DNA of 64,000 nt, from positions 163 through 64,162 of the forward strand of contig JBHEPH010000007.1 of the NCBI GenBank assembly GCA_046260395.1, written 5' to 3'. The position numbers and the translations under genes are program-made. Source of the stretch: Gemmatimonadales bacterium (GTDB lineage Bacteria > Gemmatimonadota > Gemmatimonadetes > Gemmatimonadales > GWC2-71-9). Position 1 is the stretch's first letter. Every line of letters begins with the position of its first letter. Of this stretch, positions 18,947 to 27,670 are shown piece after piece. The notes beneath the pieces were generated by a model, which was not told the DNA's origin, made no database searches, and worked only from the letters and a program-made list of their open reading frames with translations.

Positions 18947-21001
18947 CTACGCAGGCTCCGGAGGCCGGATTTCGAGCTGCCGCCGCGCCGCCTGGATCGC
19001 GTCCCGGCTGCCGGTCAGCGCCACCAGGTCGCCGGCCTCCAGCCGTTCGGTGGCGGCGGGATGGGGGATTTCCAGGTCACCCCGTGAGATCCCCACCACG
19101 GTGGCTCCGGTCCGCCCGCGAAGATTGAGCTCCCCCAGCGTCTGGCCGGCGGCCCTGCTCCCCGCCTCGATCCGGACCGGCCGGACGCTCCCCAGGCCGG
19201 GCAGCAGCGCCTCCACCTTCTCGTACATCCCGGTTTCCTCGGCCATGCCCTGCCGGGCCAGCACGTGGACCACCAGCTCCGCGCCCGCGCGCGCGTGGCC
19301 CGCCAGGTCGCGGGCGGCCCGCCAGATCGAGAAGAGCAACACCAGCATCAGGGCCGCCAGAACCGAGGGGCCGCCGTAGAACGGGACGAACGGGATCGTC
19401 AGCAGGACAACGGGGATCAGGGTGGCCAGCACGATGCCGGTCAACAGGCTGGCCTGGAGCACTCGCCGCGGGGCGAGTGCAGGATCCACCTTCCCCGCCG
19501 GCACGGAGGGCAGCGCGCGCTCGGCCAAGGTCCGGGACAGCCGCCGGCCCGTGGTGAAGACGCCGGCGAGCACCGGCACGGCCAGCACGCTCCCCAGCAC
19601 CAGGACCAGGCCCTGCGCCACGCCGGAGGAGAGGGCGATGCGGTCGCGCACCGCGTCGGCCGCCTGCTCTCGCAACAGGGCGGTGGCCACGATGATGATG
19701 ACCATGACCACGCCATCGAGCACGAGGAGCCCGACCATCCGGCGCACGGGGCCCCGCGTCCGCGGGGCAGGCGAGCGGTGGACGATGGTGTCGATCCAGG
19801 AGCTGTAGAGCGACGCGAACGTCTGCAGCGGCTTCGGCAACCGTCGGTCCACCCAGTTGGCGATCGCCTCGGAGCGCCGCGCCAGAATCGTGGAGGTCGT
19901 CGCCGTGATCAGGGAAACGGCGACGATGACGGGGAAGAGCGCCGTGGCGCCAGCCGCGGCGGCCAGGGTGGCAATGATGAACCCGAACTCCCCGACCTGT
20001 CCCATGTAGATGCCGGCGCGGATCGAGGTATGGGTGCCGAATCCCGCCAGGAACGCTCCGCTGGTCACCCCGACGAGGTTGCCGACGATCACGACCAGGC
20101 TGAACAGCACGACCGCCGGCCAGTTGGCGATGGCATCCAGTGGGAGCAGCAGCATCCCGATGGCCACGAAGAAGAGGGCGCCGAACATGTCCTTGAGCGG
20201 CTTGATCATCTCCCGGATCTCGCGCCCCAGGCCGCTTTCGTTGACGAGGAAGCCGGCCACGAACGCGCCCAGGGCCACCGAGTGCCCGCTCATGTCGGCC
20301 AGGGTGGCCAGGCCGAAGCAGAGCGCCACGGCGGTGACCAGGGTCAAGTCCGGTCGCCCCAGCCGCATCACCGCCCGGATCAGCCGCGGCACCACCAGGA
20401 GCCCGACACCCACCACCGTCACCACGAAGGCCCCCAGACGAATCAGGGTACCGGTCAACAGTTCGGGGGAGACCTGCTGGCCGAGGGAGACGGCCGTCAG
20501 GGTCGCGATCAGGAGCATCGCGACCAGATCCTCCATGATGCTGAATCCCAGGACGAGGTCACGAAGCCGCCGATCCGGGGGGGCATCCGCGAACGAAGCC
20601 GTCAGGATCATGGTGCTCGCAATGGCCACGGCTCCCGCGGCGAACAGCCGGTCCCTCAGCGGCCAGCCGAGCAGCTCCGCCGCCAGATACCCCAGAGTGA
20701 GAAGGGTGCCGACCTGGAAGAGGGTGGCCAACGCCACCCGCGGTCCCTGTCGCACCAACTTGCGAATGCTGAACTCGAGGCCAATCGAGAAGAGGAGGAA
20801 ACTCACGCCGAGCTCGGCCAGGATCTGGATCCGGTCCTGGTCGTCAATCAGGGTGATCGGGGTGCCCGGGCCGATGATGATCCCCGCCGCAATGTAGCCC
20901 ACCACCACCGGCAGTCGGAGCCGACGCGCCAGGAGGGTCATCACAGCCGCGATGGCCAGGACGACTGCAAGGTCGCGGAGGAAGTGGGCGGATTCGGTCA
21001 T
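18947..21001 (-). CDS. CPA2 (Kef/YbaL-type) cation:proton antiporter with C-terminal RCK/TrkA-C domain
   Basis: N-terminus FLRDLAVVLAIAAVMTLLARRLRLPVVVGYIAAGIIIGP. About 12 TM helices. C-terminus GQTLGELNLRGRTGATVVGISRG is typical of TrkA-C. Confidence 0.88.
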   Translation of the reverse strand: MTESAHFLRDLAVVLAIAAVMTLLARRLRLPVVVGYIAAGIIIGPGTPITLIDDQDRIQILAELGVSFLLFSIGLEFSIRKLVRQGPRVALATLFQVGTLLTLGYLAAELLGWPLRDRLFAAGAVAIASTMILTASFADAPPDRRLRDLVLGFSIMEDLVAMLLIATLTAVSLGQQVSPELLTGTLIRLGAFVVTVVGVGLLVVPRLIRAVMRLGRPDLTLVTAVALCFGLATLADMSGHSVALGAFVAGFLVNESGLGREIREMIKPLKDMFGALFFVAIGMLLLPLDAIANWPAVVLFSLVVIVGNLVGVTSGAFLAGFGTHTSIRAGIYMGQVGEFGFIIATLAAAAGATALFPVIVAVSLITATTSTILARRSEAIANWVDRRLPKPLQTFASLYSSWIDTIVHRSPAPRTRGPVRRMVGLLVLDGVVMVIIIVATALLREQAADAVRDRIALSSGVAQGLVLVLGSVLAVPVLAGVFTTGRRLSRTLAERALPSVPAGKVDPALAPRRVLQASLLTGIVLATLIPVVLLTIPFVPFYGGPSVLAALMLVLLFSIWRAARDLAGHARAGAELVVHVLARQGMAEETGMYEKVEALLPGLGSVRPVRIEAGSRAAGQTLGELNLRGRTGATVVGISRGDLEIPHPAATERLEAGDLVALTGSRDAIQAARRQLEIRPPEPA

Positions 21002-21430
21002 CGGTGCAGGCTAAGATGGTCGGGGCGAGGTGGGTCAGCAAGGACGCTTACGCTCACCCGGAATGGAGGGTTACGGCAGGGGCGTGGTGTGGCGGAGACC
21101 AGGGTTGTATTCCTGCGGTGACTGTATGTGGAAAAACCTCAACCAGTCAAATGTTGGAAATGTGCACAATGCTATGATTAGCTGAGGTTTATTTAGTGTG
21201 ATATCAAGTAAGTTGTCAGGTGTTGTACAGCTGCTCGGCGCCAGCGAGGCTGGTCAACGCGTCAAGCGTGTGTGTGCCTCTCATGTTGATAACTTGTTGG
21301 TGCCGAGGTGGCTTGGGGGCGCTGGGAAGAGCTGGGCGTGGACGAGCATCGCGTCGCCGGTGAGTGCTGAGTCCGCGCCATATATGCTGGCGCGGCGCCA
21401 CACATTATGTGGTGTGAGTGCAACGGCTGG

Positions 21431-21886
21431 CTAGCGGTTGGCGAGGGTCCCCGAAACGTGCTGTTGCCACCGCTCCCAGGTCAGCGGGCACTGGTCCGCA
21501 AAGAGTTTCTCCGGGTGGCCCTTCTCGCCCAGGAGGTGATGGAGGATCTCGTGGCGCACCACCATCTCGTGCTCAGCATAGGCCCCGGCGATGACAATCT
21601 GGGACGTGCCGCCGACCTGCTGCCACATGCCGACCCGTTCGGCTCCATCAGCCCGGAAGCTGGCGGCACCCGGAACCACATACCATTCAATGGTTTGTGA
21701 GGTTCCCGAGAGACCGCTGCAGGACGCGGTGGCCGCAAACCACTGCTGGTAGACGGCGGGGGCCTCGATCCGAACGGCCAACGGGGGGAGCGCTGGTTCG
21801 CTCGGCTCGAGTGTCCCACAACCCAGCATCAGGATGCTGCTGAGGAGCCAGGCAGGCTTTCCACGCTGTGCAATATTGCTCGCCAC
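21431..21886 (-). CDS. small lipoprotein with HExxH motif (putative zinc metallopeptidase-like)
   Basis: GTG start preceded by GGGAGG. Lipobox SSILMLGC. Contains HEILHHLLGEKGH. Confidence 0.65.
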   Translation of the reverse strand: MASNIAQRGKPAWLLSSILMLGCGTLEPSEPALPPLAVRIEAPAVYQQWFAATASCSGLSGTSQTIEWYVVPGAASFRADGAERVGMWQQVGGTSQIVIAGAYAEHEMVVRHEILHHLLGEKGHPEKLFADQCPLTWERWQQHVSGTLANR

Positions 21887-21997
21887 TTGGCCTCCCCGCC
21901 CTGATGACCGGTCAATTTGATGTCAATGAATCTGACACCATGATCGCTCGAGTGTCAAGCGACCGAACGTCAAAAGGGCGAGGACTGTGCCACGGCG

Positions 21998-22651
21998 TCA
22001 GGGGTCGATAGAGCCCCACGGCGCCGGCGGAACGGCGACCGGTCTGGTCAGGTCGAACTCGATCCGGAACCGGCGATCCGTGCCGACCCGGCGCAGTCCG
22101 TAGGCGTAATGGCGACCCGGTTCCACTTCGACGGTCCAGATGTTGGACACCGCGTCTGGGATCACCTCGGCGGTGTGGGCGTCAGCCGGGAACTCCTGCT
22201 TGCCGGCCTCGCCTGCCCCCGAGGGGCTGCCGACTTCCTGGCGCACCGCTTCGGTGTTCCGTGCCAGATAGCCCGCCCAGTCGCTGGTCTCCCCACCGTA
22301 CTGCGTCACGGCATCCTCCGACCCATCCTCGTGGCGGTGGTCGTGCTTCAGGCGGATGCCGTCGGCCGTTCGGGTCAGGACCCAGGTCCGCGACCGGTCC
22401 TCGCCGACATGGAACGGAATCCGGATCTCATCGGCGGTGCAGCTGCGCACATGGGCAATCAGCTCGCGGGTGATGAAGGTGGTGTCCCCCTCCGGAAACT
22501 CCACGGGAGTGCCGGGGAACGCCTGGCCGCACAGCGCCTGCAGGTTGGCCCAGAAGACATCCTGGGCGGACTCCTCTGGAGGGGCTTCGCTGCACGCGGC
22601 GAGGCCGAGCGCGCCGGCGAGGAGCAGGGCGGGGAGGGCAGGGAGTCTCAT
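21998..22651 (-). CDS. lipoprotein of unknown function (paralog of 11481..12137)
   Basis: Lipobox LGLAAC. Shares conserved blocks IRLKHDHRHEDGSEDAVTQYGG and RIEFDLTRPVAVPPAPWG with the other copy. Confidence 0.75.
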   Translation of the reverse strand: MRLPALPALLLAGALGLAACSEAPPEESAQDVFWANLQALCGQAFPGTPVEFPEGDTTFITRELIAHVRSCTADEIRIPFHVGEDRSRTWVLTRTADGIRLKHDHRHEDGSEDAVTQYGGETSDWAGYLARNTEAVRQEVGSPSGAGEAGKQEFPADAHTAEVIPDAVSNIWTVEVEPGRHYAYGLRRVGTDRRFRIEFDLTRPVAVPPAPWGSIDP

Positions 22652-22730
22652 CAGGTCTCCTGAGTGGGAATGAGCTGAACCGCAGCCCGCGGCGGGCGTG
22701 GGGCGGGCGGGTGGTGTGATGGGGCTGGAA

Positions 22731-22817
22731 CGGCGTGGGTGAGATTCGAACTCACGAGACCCTTGCGGGCCCGCCGGTTTTCAAGACCGGTGCATTCAAC
22801 CACTCTGCCACCACGCC
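22731..22817 (-). tRNA. tRNA-Ser (anticodon TGA)
   Basis: The reverse complement GGCGTGGTGGCAGAGTGG...CCGGT CTTGAAA ACCGG has a long variable arm and GAGTTCGAATCTC T-arm. Confidence 0.92.
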
Positions 22818-22918
22818 AGGGCGGACGCGCTGAAATCTAGCACGGCACCGCCGCCGGGTTCACGGGCGGGGGGACGGCGGATGCGGTGCTCGAGATGCTG
22901 CGTGAACGGCCCCTCCGC

Positions 22919-23665
22919 TCAGACGTGCTTCAACAGCAGTTCCAGCTTGTGTCGCAGGTCACCCAGCTGCTTCGACTTGAAGGCCCCGCGGGTTTCTTCC
23001 AGCACCTGCACCGCTTCCTCGACGGCCGCCTGCAGCTGGGTGCCGCGGGGGCAGTTCATCAGCTGGCAGGGATTGTCGGTGACCTCCTGGTTGTTCAAGG
23101 CCCGACTGAGTTGCTCCAGGTCCGTCAGCGAGCCCATGACGTTGCGCAGGGTGAGGGTCAGGAAAACATCAATCGGACTGCCGCCCTTGGGCGCGGCGGC
23201 CTGCAGGTGGTTGAACTCGTCGCGCCACGTCTGGAGGCGCGTCTCCGCCTGATGCATGGTCCGGTAGGACCGGAACCGCGAGACCGCCATCCGGGTCTTG
23301 GCCAGCAGGACCTGGAAATCGACCGGCTTGGTCAGGTAGGCGGCCACCGGCAACTCGATGCAGGCCATCGCCGAGCGGACGGATGGGTACCCGGTCAGAA
23401 CGATCACCGGCAGGCTGTCCCCCCGGTCGGCCACCCGGCGGATGACGGCCAGGTCCGTGTTGCCGGGCATCTCCAGGTCGGTGATGAGCAGGTCGAACTC
23501 CTGCTGCCCGAGCTCGGTCAACGCGCTGTCTCCATCCCCAACGGTGACACAGTCAAGGCCCTCGCGGCGCAACAGGTCCGCCGTGGCGCTGAGAAAGATC
23601 GGTTCATCATCTGCCAGGAGGATCCGCGGGGTCTCATGCATTGTGGCCTCGCTTGGTGAGGTCAT
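22919..23665 (-). CDS. response regulator: receiver domain plus uncharacterised C-terminal domain
   Basis: RILLADDEP...DLLITDLEMPG...VIVLTGY...KP receiver motifs. The C-terminal 110 aa has no recognised output motif. An alternative ATG at 23641 would reduce the overlap with the kinase to 8 nt. Confidence 0.85.
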   Translation of the reverse strand: MTSPSEATMHETPRILLADDEPIFLSATADLLRREGLDCVTVGDGDSALTELGQQEFDLLITDLEMPGNTDLAVIRRVADRGDSLPVIVLTGYPSVRSAMACIELPVAAYLTKPVDFQVLLAKTRMAVSRFRSYRTMHQAETRLQTWRDEFNHLQAAAPKGGSPIDVFLTLTLRNVMGSLTDLEQLSRALNNQEVTDNPCQLMNCPRGTQLQAAVEEAVQVLEETRGAFKSKQLGDLRHKLELLLKHV

Positions 23666-26522
23666 CCAGGGGAAGGGTGATCACGAACTCCGCGCCGCCG
23701 CCGGGGGCACTGCCCACGGCAATGGTGCCGCCGGAGGCCAGCACCGTCTGGCGCAGGAGCGCCAGGCCCAGGCCCATGCCGCTGGTCTTCAGCGACGCCG
23801 CCTTGGTGGTGAAGAACGGTTCGAACACCTGGTCGCGCAGCTCCTCCGGCACCCCTGGGCCCTGGTCGCGCACCGTCAGGGTCAGCGTCGTCGGCGTCGC
23901 CGCGGCCAGGATATCCACACGCCCCCCGGCGGGCGAGGCATCGATGGCGTTCTGCGCGAGGTTGTACACGATCTGGCGCAGCACGGCCGCCGGCACGGGC
24001 ACCGTACCCGGGACGCCGTCCAGGTCGGCCACGATCTGCACCTCCCTGGCGCGATTGACCTGGTTCAGGAAGGCCACGGCATCGGTCACGACCTGGTCCA
24101 CGGAGGCGGTGCCGCTGGGGTCCTGCTCCGGCCGGTAGGTTTCGTACAACTGGCGCGTCACCTGGGAGATGCGCTCGATTTCCCGTTCGATCGCGCCGAC
24201 ATACGAGTGGTAGGGGTGGTCGGTGGGGACCGCATCCCGGATCAGCAGGAAGGCGCTCTGGATCCCCGCCAGCGGGTTGTTGATCTCATGCGCCACGCGC
24301 GCGGCCATCCGACCCATCGTGGTGAGAGTGTCGACCTCCTTCATCGAGGCCTCCGCCCGCCGGCGGTCGGTGACGTCCCGGCCCTCCATCAACAGCTGGG
24401 TGGCCGCGCCGGCGGTGTCCTCGATGGCCCGGACGGAGAGTTCGAGAATGGTCGAAGGTTGGCCTGGGGCCTGTATCTCCTGCTCCCAGGACTGGGCGGT
24501 CCCGCGTCCGGCCGCGTCGCACGCCTCGCGCAGCCGCACCTGGCCCTCCGGTTGACCGGCCCACCAGAGCGTCTCCCAGGCTTCCTGACCCAGGACCGCG
24601 TCCGCCTCATACCCGGACAGTTCCAGGGTCACCGGGTTGGCTTCGATCACTCGACAGTTGTTGTCCATCAGGACCTGGAACTGGAAGCTGCTGTTGAAGA
24701 CTGCCCGGAAGCGTCGTTCCACCTCCTCGCGGGACCGGGCCGCGGCGCGAGCCTCGGTGACGTCCGCCGTGATGCCGATCAACCGGTTCGGCTCGCCGAG
24801 CGCACTCCGGTCGACCACCCGGCCGCGTTCCACGAGCACATGCCAGCCGCCGTCGGCCGCCCGGACCCGGTACTCCACCTCGTAGCTCTCGTTCTCGCCC
24901 GCGACGTGCCGGGACATGGCCAGGTTCACGAGCGGCTGGTCGTCCGCGTGGATCAAGGCGACCCATCCCGCCTGGGTGGAGGGCACGGTCCCGGCCTCGT
25001 AGCCGAGGTTGCTCCAGAGGGCCGGGCTGCGCACCGTGTGGCCGGTGGGCAGGTGCACCTCCCAGACGCCATCAGTTGCCCGGTCCAGCGCGTAGGAAAG
25101 CCGGGAGCGTTCCCGTTCCTGCGCCCCCTGCCAGGCCGAGAGGCCCAGCTGGAGCGTGAGCGGGACGAGGAGGGTCACGGCGAGCCCGAGAAAGAGGACC
25201 GCCGCGGGAAGGTCGCGCTCCGCGCGACTTGCGGGGCTGGCAGGCCAGGCCACGACACTCCACTGCAGCGGCCCGATCCCGAACAGCCGGGGCGACGAGG
25301 GGTCGACCGGCGCGTGGCGTGCGGCAGCCGGGGACTCGAGCGGCCCGATGGGCCCGCTGATGGCGACGTGGTAGGCTCCGCTGGTGCCCGCCAATGCCGG
25401 GCGGAAGAGCACCGCCGCCCGGACAATCGCGGCCACCGCCCCACGGCACTCCACGAAGCACACCGGCGCAAAGATGATGAACCGCTCCTGGTTAATGTCC
25501 AGCGGGCGGAAGACCAGGGAGTCGGAGGCCAGGGAATCCTGGGGGGCCAGCTGCTGCCAGGCGGCGGCAACGTCCCGGGAATCTGCGGGTACCGGGGCCT
25601 GTGCCACCGGGATGCCGCGCGCGCCCAGGTGGAAGACCGCCTCCACGCTGGGGATGTCACGCAGCAGCGCCAGGAGCACCCGTTCCTGGAGCACCGGATC
25701 GACGCCGATCTCGAGCCATTCGGCGGTGCGAATCAGGGCGCTGGCAACTGCAGTCAGCTCACGCTGCAGGAGCCGTTGCTCGGTGAAGGCGGCCTCGCGG
25801 GTGCTCTCCATCCGCCGGAATTCCTCGCGGGCCTTGAGGGTGGTCCAGAAGGTCATGACCGTCGCCAGGCCGAGCAGTCCCGCGGCGGCGGGCAGCCATC
25901 TCGGCGGCTCGAATTCGCTGAACCCGCTCCACCAGACCAGGAAGAGGAACGCGAATCCCAGCAGCCCCATGGTGATCACCACCTGCAGCGAGGAGCCCGG
26001 GGTGGGGCCGGCCGGGTCCGCGCCGAGCATGCCAAGGGTATTGGCGAAGGCGATCGTCCCCCCCAGCGCAATCAGCCCGATCCCCGACAGGCTGAGGATC
26101 ATCTTCTCCAGGTCGGGCCGGCGGTGCAGGAGGTTGCTCAGGAGGCCGGCTGCCGCGGTGGCGAACAGCACGGATGAACTCAGCGGCATGGCCAGGAGGC
26201 CGCCCACCTGACCGGCCGTGAGCAGGCTCGGCAGGGCGAGCACCAGGCCCACCGCCGCCCCGGCGAAGGCCGACCGCCTCCCCCCGTGGATGCGCTGCCA
26301 GAAGGCCAGCCCGAGGGCGATGGATACGATCGCACTGAGTGGGGCCATGGGCCGCCACCCCGCGAACGGGGTGACCAGTGCGGGTACCCCGGCGCCCCAC
26401 CCGAGCAGGGCGACGCCGCCGCTCACGACCATCACCCCGGCCAGCGCACGGCTCAGCCAGATGGTGACCTTGAGCGCGACTGGCGTCTCCCGCGAGTCGT
26501 CGTAGTACAGGGTAAAAGGCAT
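23634..26522 (-). CDS. membrane sensor histidine kinase with PAS domains
   Basis: Multi-TM N-terminus and PAS-like repeats. H-box AARVAHEINNPLAG. HATPase N/G boxes (NLAQNAIDA, DQGPGV, GMGLGL). Confidence 0.9.
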   Translation of the reverse strand: MPFTLYYDDSRETPVALKVTIWLSRALAGVMVVSGGVALLGWGAGVPALVTPFAGWRPMAPLSAIVSIALGLAFWQRIHGGRRSAFAGAAVGLVLALPSLLTAGQVGGLLAMPLSSSVLFATAAAGLLSNLLHRRPDLEKMILSLSGIGLIALGGTIAFANTLGMLGADPAGPTPGSSLQVVITMGLLGFAFLFLVWWSGFSEFEPPRWLPAAAGLLGLATVMTFWTTLKAREEFRRMESTREAAFTEQRLLQRELTAVASALIRTAEWLEIGVDPVLQERVLLALLRDIPSVEAVFHLGARGIPVAQAPVPADSRDVAAAWQQLAPQDSLASDSLVFRPLDINQERFIIFAPVCFVECRGAVAAIVRAAVLFRPALAGTSGAYHVAISGPIGPLESPAAARHAPVDPSSPRLFGIGPLQWSVVAWPASPASRAERDLPAAVLFLGLAVTLLVPLTLQLGLSAWQGAQERERSRLSYALDRATDGVWEVHLPTGHTVRSPALWSNLGYEAGTVPSTQAGWVALIHADDQPLVNLAMSRHVAGENESYEVEYRVRAADGGWHVLVERGRVVDRSALGEPNRLIGITADVTEARAAARSREEVERRFRAVFNSSFQFQVLMDNNCRVIEANPVTLELSGYEADAVLGQEAWETLWWAGQPEGQVRLREACDAAGRGTAQSWEQEIQAPGQPSTILELSVRAIEDTAGAATQLLMEGRDVTDRRRAEASMKEVDTLTTMGRMAARVAHEINNPLAGIQSAFLLIRDAVPTDHPYHSYVGAIEREIERISQVTRQLYETYRPEQDPSGTASVDQVVTDAVAFLNQVNRAREVQIVADLDGVPGTVPVPAAVLRQIVYNLAQNAIDASPAGGRVDILAAATPTTLTLTVRDQGPGVPEELRDQVFEPFFTTKAASLKTSGMGLGLALLRQTVLASGGTIAVGSAPGGGAEFVITLPLDDLTKRGHNA

Positions 26523-26913
26523 CGGTTACTCCACCCCAGGGTCGAGCGCGCAGGCCGTCGGGGCCGGCACGGGGACACAGGTGTGCGCCCGCCGCGGCGC
26601 CGCATCCACCAGACACGAAAAGGCGCCGCGGCTGTTGATCCGCCGGCGCCTTCGACTCCGGGGCCCGGGCCCCGTCGACAAGGTGTGTGGCTCCGTCCGC
26701 TCCGTTCGTCTTATGCATACGGTAGCACACAGCACGGGTTGATGCAATGCAGTGCCGGTGGGTCGGCGGCGGGCGGACAGCCGCTGGTTGAAGGACCTGC
26801 TCCCTGCCGCTGGGGGTTGCAGAGTTCGTGGCGCCGCGATAGATTGGCTCGGGTTGACCAACATATGCTGCCGCTGGCAGCAACCTTGACGTTCGGGCCA
26901 GGGCCCGGAAGTC

Positions 26914-26964
26914 GAAGGCGCGAGGGGATCAGGAGGACCGATCCCGCGCGCCTTTTTTGTTGTT
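26914..26964 (+). terminator. strong rho-independent terminator with no annotated upstream gene on this strand
   Basis: The GC stem gaaggcgcgaggggatc and gatcccgcgcgcctt flanks the loop aggaggacc. It is followed by ttttttgttgtt, and T-runs are rare in this GC-rich DNA. It lies 40 nt before the LuxR ATG. Confidence 0.7.
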
Positions 26965-27004
26965 CTCACGCGGAGCGATTCGCCCAGACCGACGGAGAGC
27001 TATC

Positions 27005-27292
27005 ATGCAGCAGGCCTTCAATCGTCCCCTTCCATTTGATCCCCCGGTCAACGTGCCGCCCACCACCCGGGCGCTGCTGACCCCGCGCCAGCGACAGGTC
27101 ATCCAGCTGATCGCCGAGGGGCTCACGAACAAGGAGATCGCTACCAGGCTCAACATCGCCGTGCACACCGTCAAGACCCATGTGCACACGGTGCTGACCA
27201 CGCTGCGGCTGCGCAGTCGGCTCGAGCTGGCGGTCCTGGTCTACCGGGCCCACCTTGAGGAGGTGTCCGATGACAAGCGGCAAGTCGCATAA
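27005..27292 (+). CDS. stand-alone LuxR/GerE-type HTH transcriptional regulator
   Basis: LTPRQRQVIQLIAEGLTNKEIATRLNIAVHTVKTHVHTVL. RBS GGAGAG lies upstream of ATG 27005. The listed TTG 26957 start lies inside the terminator T-tract. Confidence 0.85.
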   Translation: MQQAFNRPLPFDPPVNVPPTTRALLTPRQRQVIQLIAEGLTNKEIATRLNIAVHTVKTHVHTVLTTLRLRSRLELAVLVYRAHLEEVSDDKRQVA

Positions 27293-27626
27293 TCCCGGAT
27301 GGGAGGGCGTCGGTCCGCTCGCGTGGGCCCGGGCGTTCCTGGTGCTGACCCTGGGGGCGGCCCTGTTGGGGCTCGGCCGCCTCGCGGTGACGTCCGTGGG
27401 GATCGCGCAGGCGTTGTTCGTCAGCTTCCTGGCCGCATTCCTGGTGGCGTTGATCCTGGGTCTGGTCGGTGGGTTGAAAATGACGACCGGCGCGCGACAC
27501 GATCGATTCCCTGTCGCTCCGAATTCCGCCGTGATCCACCCTCGCGGAGCCCCGCAGCAGGGTGAGGATCTTCGCCCGGCCCCCGGCCTCAAGGACCCAC
27601 GCGGCCAGGCATCCCGGCGCGCGTGA
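27270..27626 (+). CDS. small two-TM membrane protein
   Basis: GAGGAGG Shine-Dalgarno 5-13 nt before ATG 27270. Two hydrophobic helices (FLVLTLGAALLGLG, ALFVSFLAAFLVALILGLVGG). Confidence 0.6.
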   Translation: MTSGKSHNPGWEGVGPLAWARAFLVLTLGAALLGLGRLAVTSVGIAQALFVSFLAAFLVALILGLVGGLKMTTGARHDRFPVAPNSAVIHPRGAPQQGEDLRPAPGLKDPRGQASRRA

Positions 27627-27670
27627 GCGGGTCAGGACCATGGCTGGCCTGATCCGCCCACCGCACCGGA

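Noticed and set aside
21198-21434. 78-aa ORF in the AT-rich gap.
   Set aside because: It has no RBS, atypical composition and no recognisable motif. It spans a terminator-like hairpin (ccgcgcca-tatatgc-tggcgcgg). It is treated as non-coding.
26957-27004. Upstream TTG start for the LuxR gene.
   Set aside because: The start would lie inside the terminator T-tract. ATG 27005 has a GGAGAG RBS and gives a normal GerE-size protein.
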